DNA of 64,000 bases from Candidatus Omnitrophota bacterium (GTDB lineage: Bacteria; Omnitrophota; Gorgyraeia; Aquiviventales; Aquiviventaceae), in assembly GCA_030697665.1 (NCBI GenBank), contig JAUYPJ010000080.1:5475-69474 (forward strand), given 5' to 3'. The notes under the pieces are model-generated. The model saw nothing but the letters and a program-made list of their open reading frames with translations. It was not told where the DNA came from and did not search any database. The translations under genes and the position numbers were made by a program. Every line of letters begins with the position of its first letter. The stretch's first letter is position 1. Of this stretch, positions 1 to 8,200 are shown one piece after another.

Positions 1-785
1 ACCGAATCACACCCGTTCGCTTGGGCTACCTGGATGCGATGCTCGATGCCCACGATACGGGTTGGGACGCTTGGCGCTACCTCTCCTACGCGGTGCAAAC
101 TTACCCGACCCATCAATCCGTCCAACGCAAGTTGAAGAAGTTGAGTGAGAAAAGACCGGATACGTCGAGCGATATCTTCCAGCATAGGCGGTATGAGAGT
201 GAGTGGAAAGCTGCTCGGCTCGAGTTCCGAGCGCTGTATGCCTTAACAAGATTCTTTGGGTATCAATTCGTAGACTTCGATGGGAAAGCCCCCAGCGCTT
301 CAGGCAACGATGATTGCGACCTCGTGTTGTCGCGCAGTGGAGACAGGACCAAGTTCGTCTACGCAGAGGTAAAGTGTTGGTGTTTCCCCGAACGATCACA
401 GGTGCCAGATCCATCTTGCTCCATCCTCCGTCGTTATAATCCGGTACCGAAGGCCGATCCAGTGAACGTCTATTCCCCATTAGAAGATGGGGTGCCAGAT
501 GATCCAGGCAAGATTGGCAGGTGGCTTGAGGACCGACTTGAAGATGTAACGAAGAAGGGAGCTGAGGTCTTGGTTTGCGACCTTTCAGAGGATTGGACAT
601 GGGAGAACCTGGAGGTGGGGTGTTTAAGGGAGTACTGTGACCAGATACTTCCTGGAAAGTTACGATGGCAGAGCGATGGGCCGATCTGGGCCCACTCTGT
701 TCCAGTGACAACCGTGGAGAAGATTGTTGTTGTCCGGCGCATCGGTTGTTGGTCAATAGCTTTGAGGAATTCTAAAGCCGGTTAG
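1..785 (+). CDS. hypothetical protein (5' end probably outside window); possible PD-(D/E)xK nuclease fold
   Basis: ORF 21..785 (TTG) with the frame open back to nt 3. CDLVL-x13-YAEVKCW resembles a D..ExK core. Composition is AT-richer than the window average. Confidence 0.45.
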   Translation, partial: RITPVRLGYLDAMLDAHDTGWDAWRYLSYAVQTYPTHQSVQRKLKKLSEKRPDTSSDIFQHRRYESEWKAARLEFRALYALTRFFGYQFVDFDGKAPSASGNDDCDLVLSRSGDRTKFVYAEVKCWCFPERSQVPDPSCSILRRYNPVPKADPVNVYSPLEDGVPDDPGKIGRWLEDRLEDVTKKGAEVLVCDLSEDWTWENLEVGCLREYCDQILPGKLRWQSDGPIWAHSVPVTTVEKIVVVRRIGCWSIALRNSKAG

Positions 786-1084
786 GAGAGAGGCAGGCCT
801 TTGCGCAGGCTGCGAAAGACCTCATGTTGGCGAGGGCGAGCAAAGATCGTCAAGATCACGAGCGTCTTACCTTGCCAAAGGTGGAGGATACGAAAACGTC
901 CAGCGTCGGCTTGAAGCGGTTTTCCTGGAAGCGAGGCAATCGGTTTAATCTCTCCAGGGAGGGTCCTATGAGCCAATCGACTCAGGTCTTCAAGGAGTCG
1001 TTCTCGCTCAACAGGAGGAATGCGGTCGAGGTCGCGTTGGGCCCGACGAACGAGCCACAGATGTTCAGGGACTTCGCTTGCCAC
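782..1084 (-). CDS. type II toxin, RelE/ParE family
   Basis: 100 aa. The C-terminal FRILHLWQGKTLVILTIFARP pattern is typical of ParE/RelE. Overlaps the upstream Phd-like gene by 20 nt. GTG start. Confidence 0.75.
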   Translation of the reverse strand: MASEVPEHLWLVRRAQRDLDRIPPVERERLLEDLSRLAHRTLPGEIKPIASLPGKPLQADAGRFRILHLWQGKTLVILTIFARPRQHEVFRSLRKGLPLS

Positions 1085-1325
1085 GCAGGTAGTCCTTCAA
1101 CGTGACGTGGCGCTTGTGCCGCATGTCATCCAACGCTTCTTCGACTGCCTGCTTGACCAGCGCGCTGTCCTCGAAGAGCAACTGATCCAGCTCGTCGGGG
1201 GAGATCCGGATCACCGCGGCGCACGGCTTGCCGTGCCGCACGACCACGACCGGGCCATTGCGCTTGACTTCGCGGACGACACCTGACGTATCCTGCTTCA
1301 ACTCGCTGATACTGACAAACTTCAT
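1065..1325 (-). CDS. type II antitoxin, Phd/YefM family
   Basis: 86 aa. N-terminus MKFVSISELKQDTSGVVREVKRNGPVVVVRHGKPCAAVI is a classic Phd/YefM fold signature. ATG at 1323-1325. Confidence 0.8.
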   Translation of the reverse strand: MKFVSISELKQDTSGVVREVKRNGPVVVVRHGKPCAAVIRISPDELDQLLFEDSALVKQAVEEALDDMRHKRHVTLKDYLRGKRSP

Positions 1326-1369
1326 CGGCCCTCCTATTTCTAGACTAAATTATAGACTAAAATTACCCC

Positions 1370-2152
1370 CTATGTCAAGCGCAGGGCTAGGCACTTCGCG
1401 GAGCCGCCGGCTTTGAGGAATTCCGACAGGTCCAGCTCGTGGACGTCAAAGCCCCTCTTCGCCAACGTCTTGGTGAGCCTCGTGGAAATTCCCCGGTGGA
1501 GCACGATCGAACGGCTGGCCACGATGACGTTGCAGCAGAACTTCAGGGCATCGGCTTCTGAGACGGCAATCGGCTCTCGGACATACCGCTCGATGACCCG
1601 ACGCCCGTAGCGGTCGAACGCATGCGGAAACCATAAAGCGGTTTCCGCATTGAGTGGGCAAAAACAGGTGTCAAGATGATAAAAACGCTTGTCGATAAGC
1701 TCCAGTGGCAGCGCCCGGCAGTGCAAGATCCGTGCCAGATGCTCATGGGTGGTGGCGTCTGAGCGAAACCGAAAGCCCAGGAAGAGGTTCTCCCCGCACC
1801 ACAGCGCGTCCCCCTCACCCTCGAAGTTAAACGACCTGGGCAGTGTCACCACGCGCAAGCCCAGGCGCTTGAAATAGCGCTCGGTCACCGGCTCTTCCCC
1901 TTGACGCTCTGGATGCCGGAAATTGCTGCGGATGAACGTGCGGCCCGCCACCAGCCCCGCGTTGGCGGTGAAGGGCAGGTCGGGCAATCCGTTGACGGGC
2001 GGCAACAGCGCGACCGCCACCTTGAGCCGTTCGGTGAGCAGCCCGTGCAGCGCCTGCCACTGCGCCATGGCCCGCCGGGGCGCGACCTGACGCCTCCGGC
2101 TCATCCACGGGTTGATCTCGTAGGCGATGGTGTAGTGCGTCGGACGACACAT
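1370..2152 (-). CDS. amidinotransferase-fold (guanidino-group modifying) enzyme, DDAH/arginine dihydrolase-like
   Basis: MCRPTHYTIAYEINPWM N-terminus, HLDTCF, and C-terminal GGSAKCL (catalytic Cys). The track ORF extends to 2230, but that extension is encoded by tandem simple repeats, so the start is set at ATG 2150-2152. Confidence 0.8.
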   Translation of the reverse strand: MCRPTHYTIAYEINPWMSRRRQVAPRRAMAQWQALHGLLTERLKVAVALLPPVNGLPDLPFTANAGLVAGRTFIRSNFRHPERQGEEPVTERYFKRLGLRVVTLPRSFNFEGEGDALWCGENLFLGFRFRSDATTHEHLARILHCRALPLELIDKRFYHLDTCFCPLNAETALWFPHAFDRYGRRVIERYVREPIAVSEADALKFCCNVIVASRSIVLHRGISTRLTKTLAKRGFDVHELDLSEFLKAGGSAKCLALRLT

Positions 2153-2160
2153 TAAAAACG

Positions 2161-2225
2161 ATTGCGGAATGCGGATTGCGGATTGCGGAATTGGCTGTGG
2201 ACTATTGACTGTGGACTGTGGACGA
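2161..2225. repeat. tandem short-unit repeat block (ATTGCGGA-type units followed by CTGTGGAC-type units)
   Basis: Read directly: attgcggaatgcggattgcggattgcggaattggctgtggactattgactgtggactgtggac, lying between two minus-strand genes. Confidence 0.85.
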
Positions 2226-2236
2226 GACATGGGGGT

Positions 2237-3460
2237 TTAACGAGCAACAAGCTTGAGGGCAAGACACAACTCCCGCAGGAATGAGGCGGTGTCCGAGACG
2301 ATGCCGATGCCCTGAAAGGTGCCGCGGTCGGCGAGCTTGGTGACGACGGCGGGATTGATATCGACGCAGACCGTCTTGACGGTGGCGGGCAGCATGTTGC
2401 CCGTCGCGATGGCGTGGAGCGTCGAGGCCATCATGAGCGCAAGCCCCACGTCGCGGAGGTGCCGGCGCATCGCCTCCTGGGCCTTGAGCGTGTCCGTAAG
2501 GACGTCGGGCAGTGGGCCGTCGTCCCGCACGGAGCCGCCGAGCACAAACGGCACCCGGCGCATGACGCAGGCGTGCATGACCCCTCTCGTGAGGAGGCCC
2601 CGCCGCACCGCCTGACGGATGCCCCCCACGCGCCGGATCGCGTTGATCGCCCGCATGTGGTGGTCGTGCCCGTCGAGGACCGCAATCCCCCGGTCCAGGC
2701 GGATGCCGAGCGAGGTGCCGTAGAGCGCGGATTCGATGTCGTGCGCCGCCAGCCCGTTGCCGGCGAACAGGACGTGGACGAACCCGGCCTTGATGAGCCG
2801 CTCCAGGGACGGCCCGCCGCCCGTGTGGATGAGGGCCGGGCCGGCGACGACCAGGATCTTCCGGCCCGCGCGCTTGATCGCGCGCATCTCTTCTGCGAGT
2901 CGTTGGATGAGCTGGGCCTTGGGTTTTTCCGAGGAGACCGCGCTGCCCATGAACTGGAACACCTCGGCGCGCCGCGCCCGCTCCAGGGGGGTGACCTTGA
3001 CGCCTTCCGCGCCGCACACCACCCGATCCCCCCGGCGGATGGAGGCCATCGGCGTGCACCGGGCCTTACCGGTGCGCGGATTGACGACAATGCCGCAGTC
3101 CATCTCGATGCCTGACACCTTCCGCCAGCGGCCCCTGATGCGGACCTCGGTGGGGAGGTTCGTCGTCGAGTAGAACGCGTCCGGGAAGACCCCGTCTTTG
3201 GGGGCGCGCTCAAGGCGGGCGTCCGTCAGGTGCAGCGGGGCCGCCCCCAGCCGGGCGAGCCGACGGAGGATGTGGTCGAGCCGGCGCGGCGAGGCGGCCT
3301 GGACCCGCAGGCGCACCATGGAGGTGTCGGTCTTGCGCTTGCCGATGGCGATGTCGAGGATCTCGAACGTCCCGTTGAGATCCATGATCTCATCGAGCAC
3401 CTTCGGCAGGATGAGCGAGTCGATGATGTGGCCGCTGAGGTGGATCAGTTCAGACGCCAT
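2237..3460 (-). CDS. LOR/SDH conserved-region protein (TIGR00300 family; C-terminal-module homologue of ArgZ/AgrE)
   Basis: 407 aa from MASELIHLSGHIIDSLILPKVLDEI (ATG 3458-3460). Carries a GNGLAAHD Rossmann-like segment. The upstream 260 codons of track ORF 2237..4240 are antisense to the SDR gene and were rejected. Confidence 0.8.
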   Translation of the reverse strand: MASELIHLSGHIIDSLILPKVLDEIMDLNGTFEILDIAIGKRKTDTSMVRLRVQAASPRRLDHILRRLARLGAAPLHLTDARLERAPKDGVFPDAFYSTTNLPTEVRIRGRWRKVSGIEMDCGIVVNPRTGKARCTPMASIRRGDRVVCGAEGVKVTPLERARRAEVFQFMGSAVSSEKPKAQLIQRLAEEMRAIKRAGRKILVVAGPALIHTGGGPSLERLIKAGFVHVLFAGNGLAAHDIESALYGTSLGIRLDRGIAVLDGHDHHMRAINAIRRVGGIRQAVRRGLLTRGVMHACVMRRVPFVLGGSVRDDGPLPDVLTDTLKAQEAMRRHLRDVGLALMMASTLHAIATGNMLPATVKTVCVDINPAVVTKLADRGTFQGIGIVSDTASFLRELCLALKLVAR

Positions 3461-3523
3461 TCCGCAGATAGTATACCACCAGCCGTGCTTTCCAACGTCG
3501 TGGGGTTCTGTTATGCTGTGGAC

Positions 3524-4444
3524 ATGGAGATCTTGGTGAGTGGGTCGCACGGGTTCATCGGCTCGGCCTTGGTGGCGTCGCTGCGGGCGAGCGGCCATCG
3601 CGTCACGCGGCTCATCCGCTCCAGCCGGCCGTCTGGAGCGAACGAGGCGGCGTGGGACCCGGCGACCGGCGCCGTCGATCTCGCAAGGCTGCAGGCGATC
3701 GACGCGGTGGTGCATCTGGCAGGGGCGAGCATCGTCTCTGGGAGGTGGACCCCGCGCAGGAAGTCGCTCATTCGCGACAGCCGCGTCCGCGGCACGCGGA
3801 CGCTGTGCGAGGCGCTGGCGACGCTCACGACGCCGCCCCGCGCGCTCCTGTGCGCCTCGGCGATCGGCTACTACGGCGACCGGGGAGATGAGGTGTTGAC
3901 AGAAGACAGCCCGGCCGGCGCCGGCTTCCTGTCGACGGTGTGCCGGGAGTGGGAGGGGGCGAGTGCCTCCGCCGCGCAGCGAGGGGTTCGCGTGGTCCAC
4001 CTGCGATTCGGGATGGTGCTGAGCCCCGCCGGCGGGGCGCTGGCCAAGATGCTTCCCCCCTTCAGGCTGGGCCTCGGCGGACCGCTGGGCGATGGCCGCC
4101 AGTACATGAGCTGGGTGTCGCTGGAGGATCTGCTGGGCGCGATCCATCACGCGCTGGCGACGGAGGCCCTGCGGGGCCCGGTGAATGTGGTGTCGCCTCA
4201 GCCGGTCACCAACCGAGACTTCACCCGGGCGCTCGGCCACGTCCTCTCGCGCCCGACGCTGCTGCCGGCCCCCGCGCCGCTGTTGCGCCTACTCTTGGGG
4301 GAGCTGGCCGATGAGGTGTTGCTGGCCAGCACTCGCGTGATGCCCACGCGGCTGCAAGCGACCGCCTATGCCTTTCGCCATCCTGAGCTGGAGGGCACCC
4401 TTCGTCATCTGCTGGCGTCCGCAGCCGCGCAGGGCCACGCATGA
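3524..4444 (+). CDS. NAD-dependent epimerase/SDR family protein (YfcH/TIGR01777-like, DUF1731 C-terminus)
   Basis: MEILVSGSHGFIGSAL glycine-rich NAD motif. ATG at 3524 is in frame with track ORF 3230..4444. Confidence 0.8.
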   Translation: MEILVSGSHGFIGSALVASLRASGHRVTRLIRSSRPSGANEAAWDPATGAVDLARLQAIDAVVHLAGASIVSGRWTPRRKSLIRDSRVRGTRTLCEALATLTTPPRALLCASAIGYYGDRGDEVLTEDSPAGAGFLSTVCREWEGASASAAQRGVRVVHLRFGMVLSPAGGALAKMLPPFRLGLGGPLGDGRQYMSWVSLEDLLGAIHHALATEALRGPVNVVSPQPVTNRDFTRALGHVLSRPTLLPAPAPLLRLLLGELADEVLLASTRVMPTRLQATAYAFRHPELEGTLRHLLASAAAQGHA

Positions 4445-6210
4445 GGGAGAGGGCTGCTCAGTCCAGCCGAGCCGCGCTCGGAACAGCATGCCATCTGATT
4501 GTTTATCTGACGTTCTTGACTTGCCTGCCCCTTGCCCCCTTCCCCTTGCCCCCTGTTGTTGCTGCGGCATCGAGTGCTGAGCGCATCCCGCCTGACGCGC
4601 TGGCCACCCTGCGGCACGTGGCGATTCAGCACGCGGGGCGCCACAAGCCCTTCGACAGCTTCGCCCGCGAGACGCTCAAGCGCATCACGGGCCGCTTTCG
4701 ATTCCGCGATCAGGATCCGGTGGCAACGGTTCTCTCCATGGCGGCGGAGCCGGAGCGGTGGCAGGATGAGCCGATCCTCCACGTGCCGTCCGGCCCCTTG
4801 CAGGAAGCGCTGGGGCTTGAGCGGGGCGTCACGCGCGTCTCGTACAACAGCCTCATCGAGACCCGGCGCCTCATGCGGCTGCTGCCGCCGATCGTCGAGA
4901 AGCAGCGGCGCGATGAGAAGCTGTCGATGCGCGAGGAAGAGACGATGGATCTGTACGAGCGGTTCGTGTCGCTCAACAGCGTCTTCGAGCAGCGGCTGGA
5001 GCTTGTTCCCCCCGCCAAAGGCGGGGCGACCCAGTCCTGGCTGCCCATCCTCCAGCCGGCAGGCTATCCTGAGGGTCGGCAGGAGGTGTTGCGCAGCGCA
5101 TGGACCGCCTTCGTGACGGCGGTGCGCGAGCATCAGCCGCAGGCCATCAGCGCCTCCGCCCATGCGCTGGCGGATCTGCTCAGGAGCGCTCAGCCGGCCG
5201 CCTACCCCGCGCCGTGGCGACTTGGCGCGGAGGTGTGGTACAACCGGCTCAGCCCGTTTCAGGCGGCGCGGATGCTCTACCTCCTCGCCGCGCTGGGGCT
5301 CGTCTTCAGCCTGGGGGCCTGGCGGCGAGTCGTCCTCCTCGGCCGGACAGCCCTGTGGCTCGCGTTGCTCCTCCACGGGCTCGGCATCCTGACGCGCGTG
5401 ATTCTCGGCGGGCGTCCCCCGGTCTCGAATTTCTATGAGACGATGCTCTGGCTGCCGTTCGTCACGGTGGCGCTGGCGTTGGTGTTGGAGCGGATCCACC
5501 GGGCGCGCGCCGTGGCGCCGGCGGCCGCGGTCCTGGCGGGGGCCATTCTCTGGCTGGCGGACGTCCTCCCTCTTGATTCGAGCATCGTCCCCGTGGTGGC
5601 GGTGCTACGCAGCCACCTCTGGCTGACGATCCACGTGCTGACGATCGTCGCCAGTTACGGCGTGCTGACGTTGGCGACCGGCCTGGCGCACGTCTACGGC
5701 GGGCTGTACGTGGCGCGGCGCGGTGGGCATCCGACGCTGCGCCTCCTGGATGCGGTGCTGTATCGCGCCATCCAGGCCGGCGTCGTGCTCTTGGCCGCCG
5801 GCATCATGCTGGGGGCGGTGTGGGCGAACGCCTCCTGGGGGCGCTACTGGGGGTGGGACCCGAAAGAGACATGGGCGCTCATCACCTTGCTGTGGTTCCT
5901 GGCGATTCTTCACGGCCGCTTCGCCGGTTGGCTGCATGGCATTGGGGTGGCGCTGAGCACCATCGGCGGCTTCCTCCTGCTCTTGATGACCTACTACGGG
6001 GTGAGTTTCTACTTGGTGGGCCTGCACAGCTACGCCGGCGGGCATGCGACCCCGGTCCCGCCCCTCCTCATCGCCTTCCTCGTGGCGGAAGGCGCATTCG
6101 TCGGACTGGTCGGCGCGACGGCGCTGTCTAGGCGGCGGCATCAGCAGGTAACCCTTTTTGCGGACGCGGCGTCTAATAGGGTAGGAGAACAGAGGAGGAT
6201 GCCGCGATGA
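4441..6210 (+). CDS. ccsA: cytochrome c biogenesis (system II) heme-handling protein, CcsA/ResC type with N-terminal extension
   Basis: W-rich heme motif WANASWGRYWGWDPKETWA and multiple TM helices. The start ATGA overlaps the stop of the upstream SDR gene. Confidence 0.8.
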   Translation: MRERAAQSSRAALGTACHLIVYLTFLTCLPLAPFPLPPVVAAASSAERIPPDALATLRHVAIQHAGRHKPFDSFARETLKRITGRFRFRDQDPVATVLSMAAEPERWQDEPILHVPSGPLQEALGLERGVTRVSYNSLIETRRLMRLLPPIVEKQRRDEKLSMREEETMDLYERFVSLNSVFEQRLELVPPAKGGATQSWLPILQPAGYPEGRQEVLRSAWTAFVTAVREHQPQAISASAHALADLLRSAQPAAYPAPWRLGAEVWYNRLSPFQAARMLYLLAALGLVFSLGAWRRVVLLGRTALWLALLLHGLGILTRVILGGRPPVSNFYETMLWLPFVTVALALVLERIHRARAVAPAAAVLAGAILWLADVLPLDSSIVPVVAVLRSHLWLTIHVLTIVASYGVLTLATGLAHVYGGLYVARRGGHPTLRLLDAVLYRAIQAGVVLLAAGIMLGAVWANASWGRYWGWDPKETWALITLLWFLAILHGRFAGWLHGIGVALSTIGGFLLLLMTYYGVSFYLVGLHSYAGGHATPVPPLLIAFLVAEGAFVGLVGATALSRRRHQQVTLFADAASNRVGEQRRMPR

Positions 6211-6881
6211 AGACGGTCTGTGGTGTCGGAGGAGCCCTGATCGGGGCTGTGGTGTTGGGGGCTGTCGGGACGTGGCAGGGGATCGCGTGGGCCGAGCGCG
6301 AGCAGGGAGAAGCGGCCGACCCGGTTGAAGTGGTTGAGGGTACGCCGGCGGGGACGACGGCTGGCCCAGTCGTGGAGGAGGCCCAGCGCCTCCGACGGCT
6401 GAAGGAGGAAGATCCTGAGGCGTTCCACCGGGCGGTCCAGGAGCGCAAGGCGCAACTGCGCCAGCGGATGGCGCGCCTGAAGGAGACCGACCCCGAAGCG
6501 CATCAGTGGGCCAAGGAGCGTCTCAAGGCGCAGCGGCGCGAGTACCTGAGATCCTTTCGGGAACGCGACCCTGAGCGGTTTCGAGAGCTGACGCAGCGTC
6601 ACCGGGCCAAGGTGCAGGAGAAGCTGGCGCACATGAAGGAGCACAACCCGGAGCGCTACGAGGCGTTGATGCGGCAGCGGCAGACGTGGCGGCAGCAGCG
6701 GCTTGAGGAGTTCAAGCAGAGTCACCCCGAAGCGGTCGAGCGGTTCAAGGCGAACCACCCTGAGTGGTCGGCGCGTCACCCGGAGCATCGTCGGGACAAG
6801 GCGCATGTCGATCACGGGGTCCGTGACCACGGGCAGGGCGTCGGCCGCGGCAAGGGACAGGGTGGCGAGCACCGACGGTAG
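6207..6881 (+). CDS. secreted charged repeat protein (about 7 repeats of a D/N/H-P-E motif in helical heptad-like context)
   Basis: N-terminal hydrophobic signal/anchor. DPEAF, DPEAH, DPERF, NPERY, HPEAV, HPEW and HPEH are spaced about 15-25 aa apart. Sits directly upstream of the ECF sigma gene. Confidence 0.6.
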   Translation: MKTVCGVGGALIGAVVLGAVGTWQGIAWAEREQGEAADPVEVVEGTPAGTTAGPVVEEAQRLRRLKEEDPEAFHRAVQERKAQLRQRMARLKETDPEAHQWAKERLKAQRREYLRSFRERDPERFRELTQRHRAKVQEKLAHMKEHNPERYEALMRQRQTWRQQRLEEFKQSHPEAVERFKANHPEWSARHPEHRRDKAHVDHGVRDHGQGVGRGKGQGGEHRR

Positions 6882-6892
6882 CCTTGTCGTAG

Positions 6893-7492
6893 ATGCCGGA
6901 TGAGTCGGGGATCATTCGCGCCGTCCTGGATGGGCAGCCGGACCGCTACGCGGAGTTGGTGGACCGATACCAGGGCCGAGCGATCCGGCTGGCGTTCAGC
7001 TTGTTGGGAAACGACGACGACGCCAGGGAGACCTCTCAGGAAGCGTTCCTGAAGGCGTACCGCTCCCTGGGCCGGTTTCGGGGCGAGGCGGCCTTCTCCA
7101 CATGGCTCTTCCGGATCGTGATCAACGAGTGTCGCAGTCGCTGGCGACGTCGGGCCAGAGAGCCGGTCGCGACGGCGCGCATCGGCGGCTCACCTGCCGC
7201 CGATGAGGAGAGCGAAGGGTCGCTCTTCGTGGATCCTGAGGATCCCGGCGCCGATCCCGCCGAGCAGCTTGCGCAACGAGAGCTGGCGCGGCGGCTCAGC
7301 CGTGAGATCGCGCGGCTGCCGATGCAACAGCGCATCGCGTTTGTGTCGCACCACCTCCACGGCTGTTCGCTGGAGGAGACCGCCGCAGTCATGCGCCGCC
7401 GCGTCGGGACGGTGAAATCCCACCTCTTCCGCGCCACGGAGCGCCTCCGGCGCACGCTGGGGCCGTGGCTGACACAGGAGCAACAGGAATGA
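6893..7492 (+). CDS. RNA polymerase ECF-type sigma-70 factor
   Basis: Region 2 (FSTWLFRIVINECRSRWRR) and region 4 (SLEETAAVMRRRVGTVKSHLFRA) signatures. Confidence 0.9.
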   Translation: MPDESGIIRAVLDGQPDRYAELVDRYQGRAIRLAFSLLGNDDDARETSQEAFLKAYRSLGRFRGEAAFSTWLFRIVINECRSRWRRRAREPVATARIGGSPAADEESEGSLFVDPEDPGADPAEQLAQRELARRLSREIARLPMQQRIAFVSHHLHGCSLEETAAVMRRRVGTVKSHLFRATERLRRTLGPWLTQEQQE

Positions 7493-7648
7493 TCCCACCA
7501 CCTGCCGGAGGCGGCACTTCTGTGGATGCTCAGATGCGTCGGATTCGCATGAGGTGGGGGGAGGCGTGCCGCCTGGCCAGCGGTGCAGCGCAAGCGCCTG
7601 TTCGCTGGCCGTCCCGCCGATTGGCGGGACACCGACAGGTGGTGGGAT
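7492..7648. repeat. inverted-repeat clamp: ATCCCACCACCTG (7492-7504) / CAGGTGGTGGGAT (7636-7648), flanked by ATGA on both sides
   Basis: Perfect 13-nt inverted repeat read directly. The right arm contains the SD-like purine tract and the ATG of the downstream gene. The left arm starts in the sigma-factor stop codon. Confidence 0.85.
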
Positions 7649-8192
7649 GAGTTTCACGACGTGGTTGCAGGGGTGGCTGACCCGTCATCCGCTCCGCGAG
7701 CCGTCCGACGGCGAGCGGGCCCGCTATACCGCTGAGGTGATGGCCCGCGTGGAAGCGCTGCGGCCGTCTGCAGCGCCCCGCGACGGATTGGCCCGCTGGG
7801 CCAAGCAGCAGGTGGTGGGATGGCCCCGCCTCGCGCTGGCCATGGCGACCGCGGCCGCCGGAGTGGCGCTCCTCGTCGGACCGATCCACCAGCGCTGGCT
7901 TGCTCAACGCGTGGTCCGTGACGCTGCCGTCTTGGCGAGCCTGGGTGAGGCGATGGCCGAACCGCTTGTCATCGACGACGACGAATCGCTCCGTGAAGCG
8001 CTGGAGGAGCTCGACGCGCTCGTGGTGGCCGAGGCCTCCTCCATTGACGATAGCCAGTGGATCGCCCAGACGCTGGAGCTGCTGGGACAACTTGAGGAAT
8101 GGCCTCCGGGCGGCGACCTCGATCCCTCAAGCGGAGCTGAGGAGTGGATCGACGAGCTTGAGCTGTTGGACGAGAGCGATCTGAACGCCTGA
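7647..8192 (+). CDS. putative anti-sigma factor (single TM, acidic C-terminal domain)
   Basis: Position after the ECF sigma gene. One TM helix (WPRLALAMATAAAGVALLVGPI). Start ATG 7647 is preceded by CAGGTGGTGGG. No recognisable ZAS motif, so the function is inferred from context. Confidence 0.5.
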   Translation: MSFTTWLQGWLTRHPLREPSDGERARYTAEVMARVEALRPSAAPRDGLARWAKQQVVGWPRLALAMATAAAGVALLVGPIHQRWLAQRVVRDAAVLASLGEAMAEPLVIDDDESLREALEELDALVVAEASSIDDSQWIAQTLELLGQLEEWPPGGDLDPSSGAEEWIDELELLDESDLNA

Positions 8193-8200
8193 TCCACGAC

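Noticed and set aside
2237-4240. A 667-aa track ORF suggesting a much longer LOR/SDH protein
   Set aside because: The first 260 codons are Arg/Pro/Ala-rich low-complexity sequence lying antisense to the well-supported SDR gene (3524-4444). The recognisable family sequence begins at M 3460.
4405-5499. Long antisense ORFs across the GC-rich core, for example 4405-5499, 23309-24910, 44519-46201, 46315-47277, 47507-48565, 59073-60338 and 62601-63797
   Set aside because: Each lies opposite a gene with clear family motifs. Each has the Arg/Gly/Pro/Ala-dominated composition typical of shadow frames in high-GC DNA, and none carries a recognisable motif.
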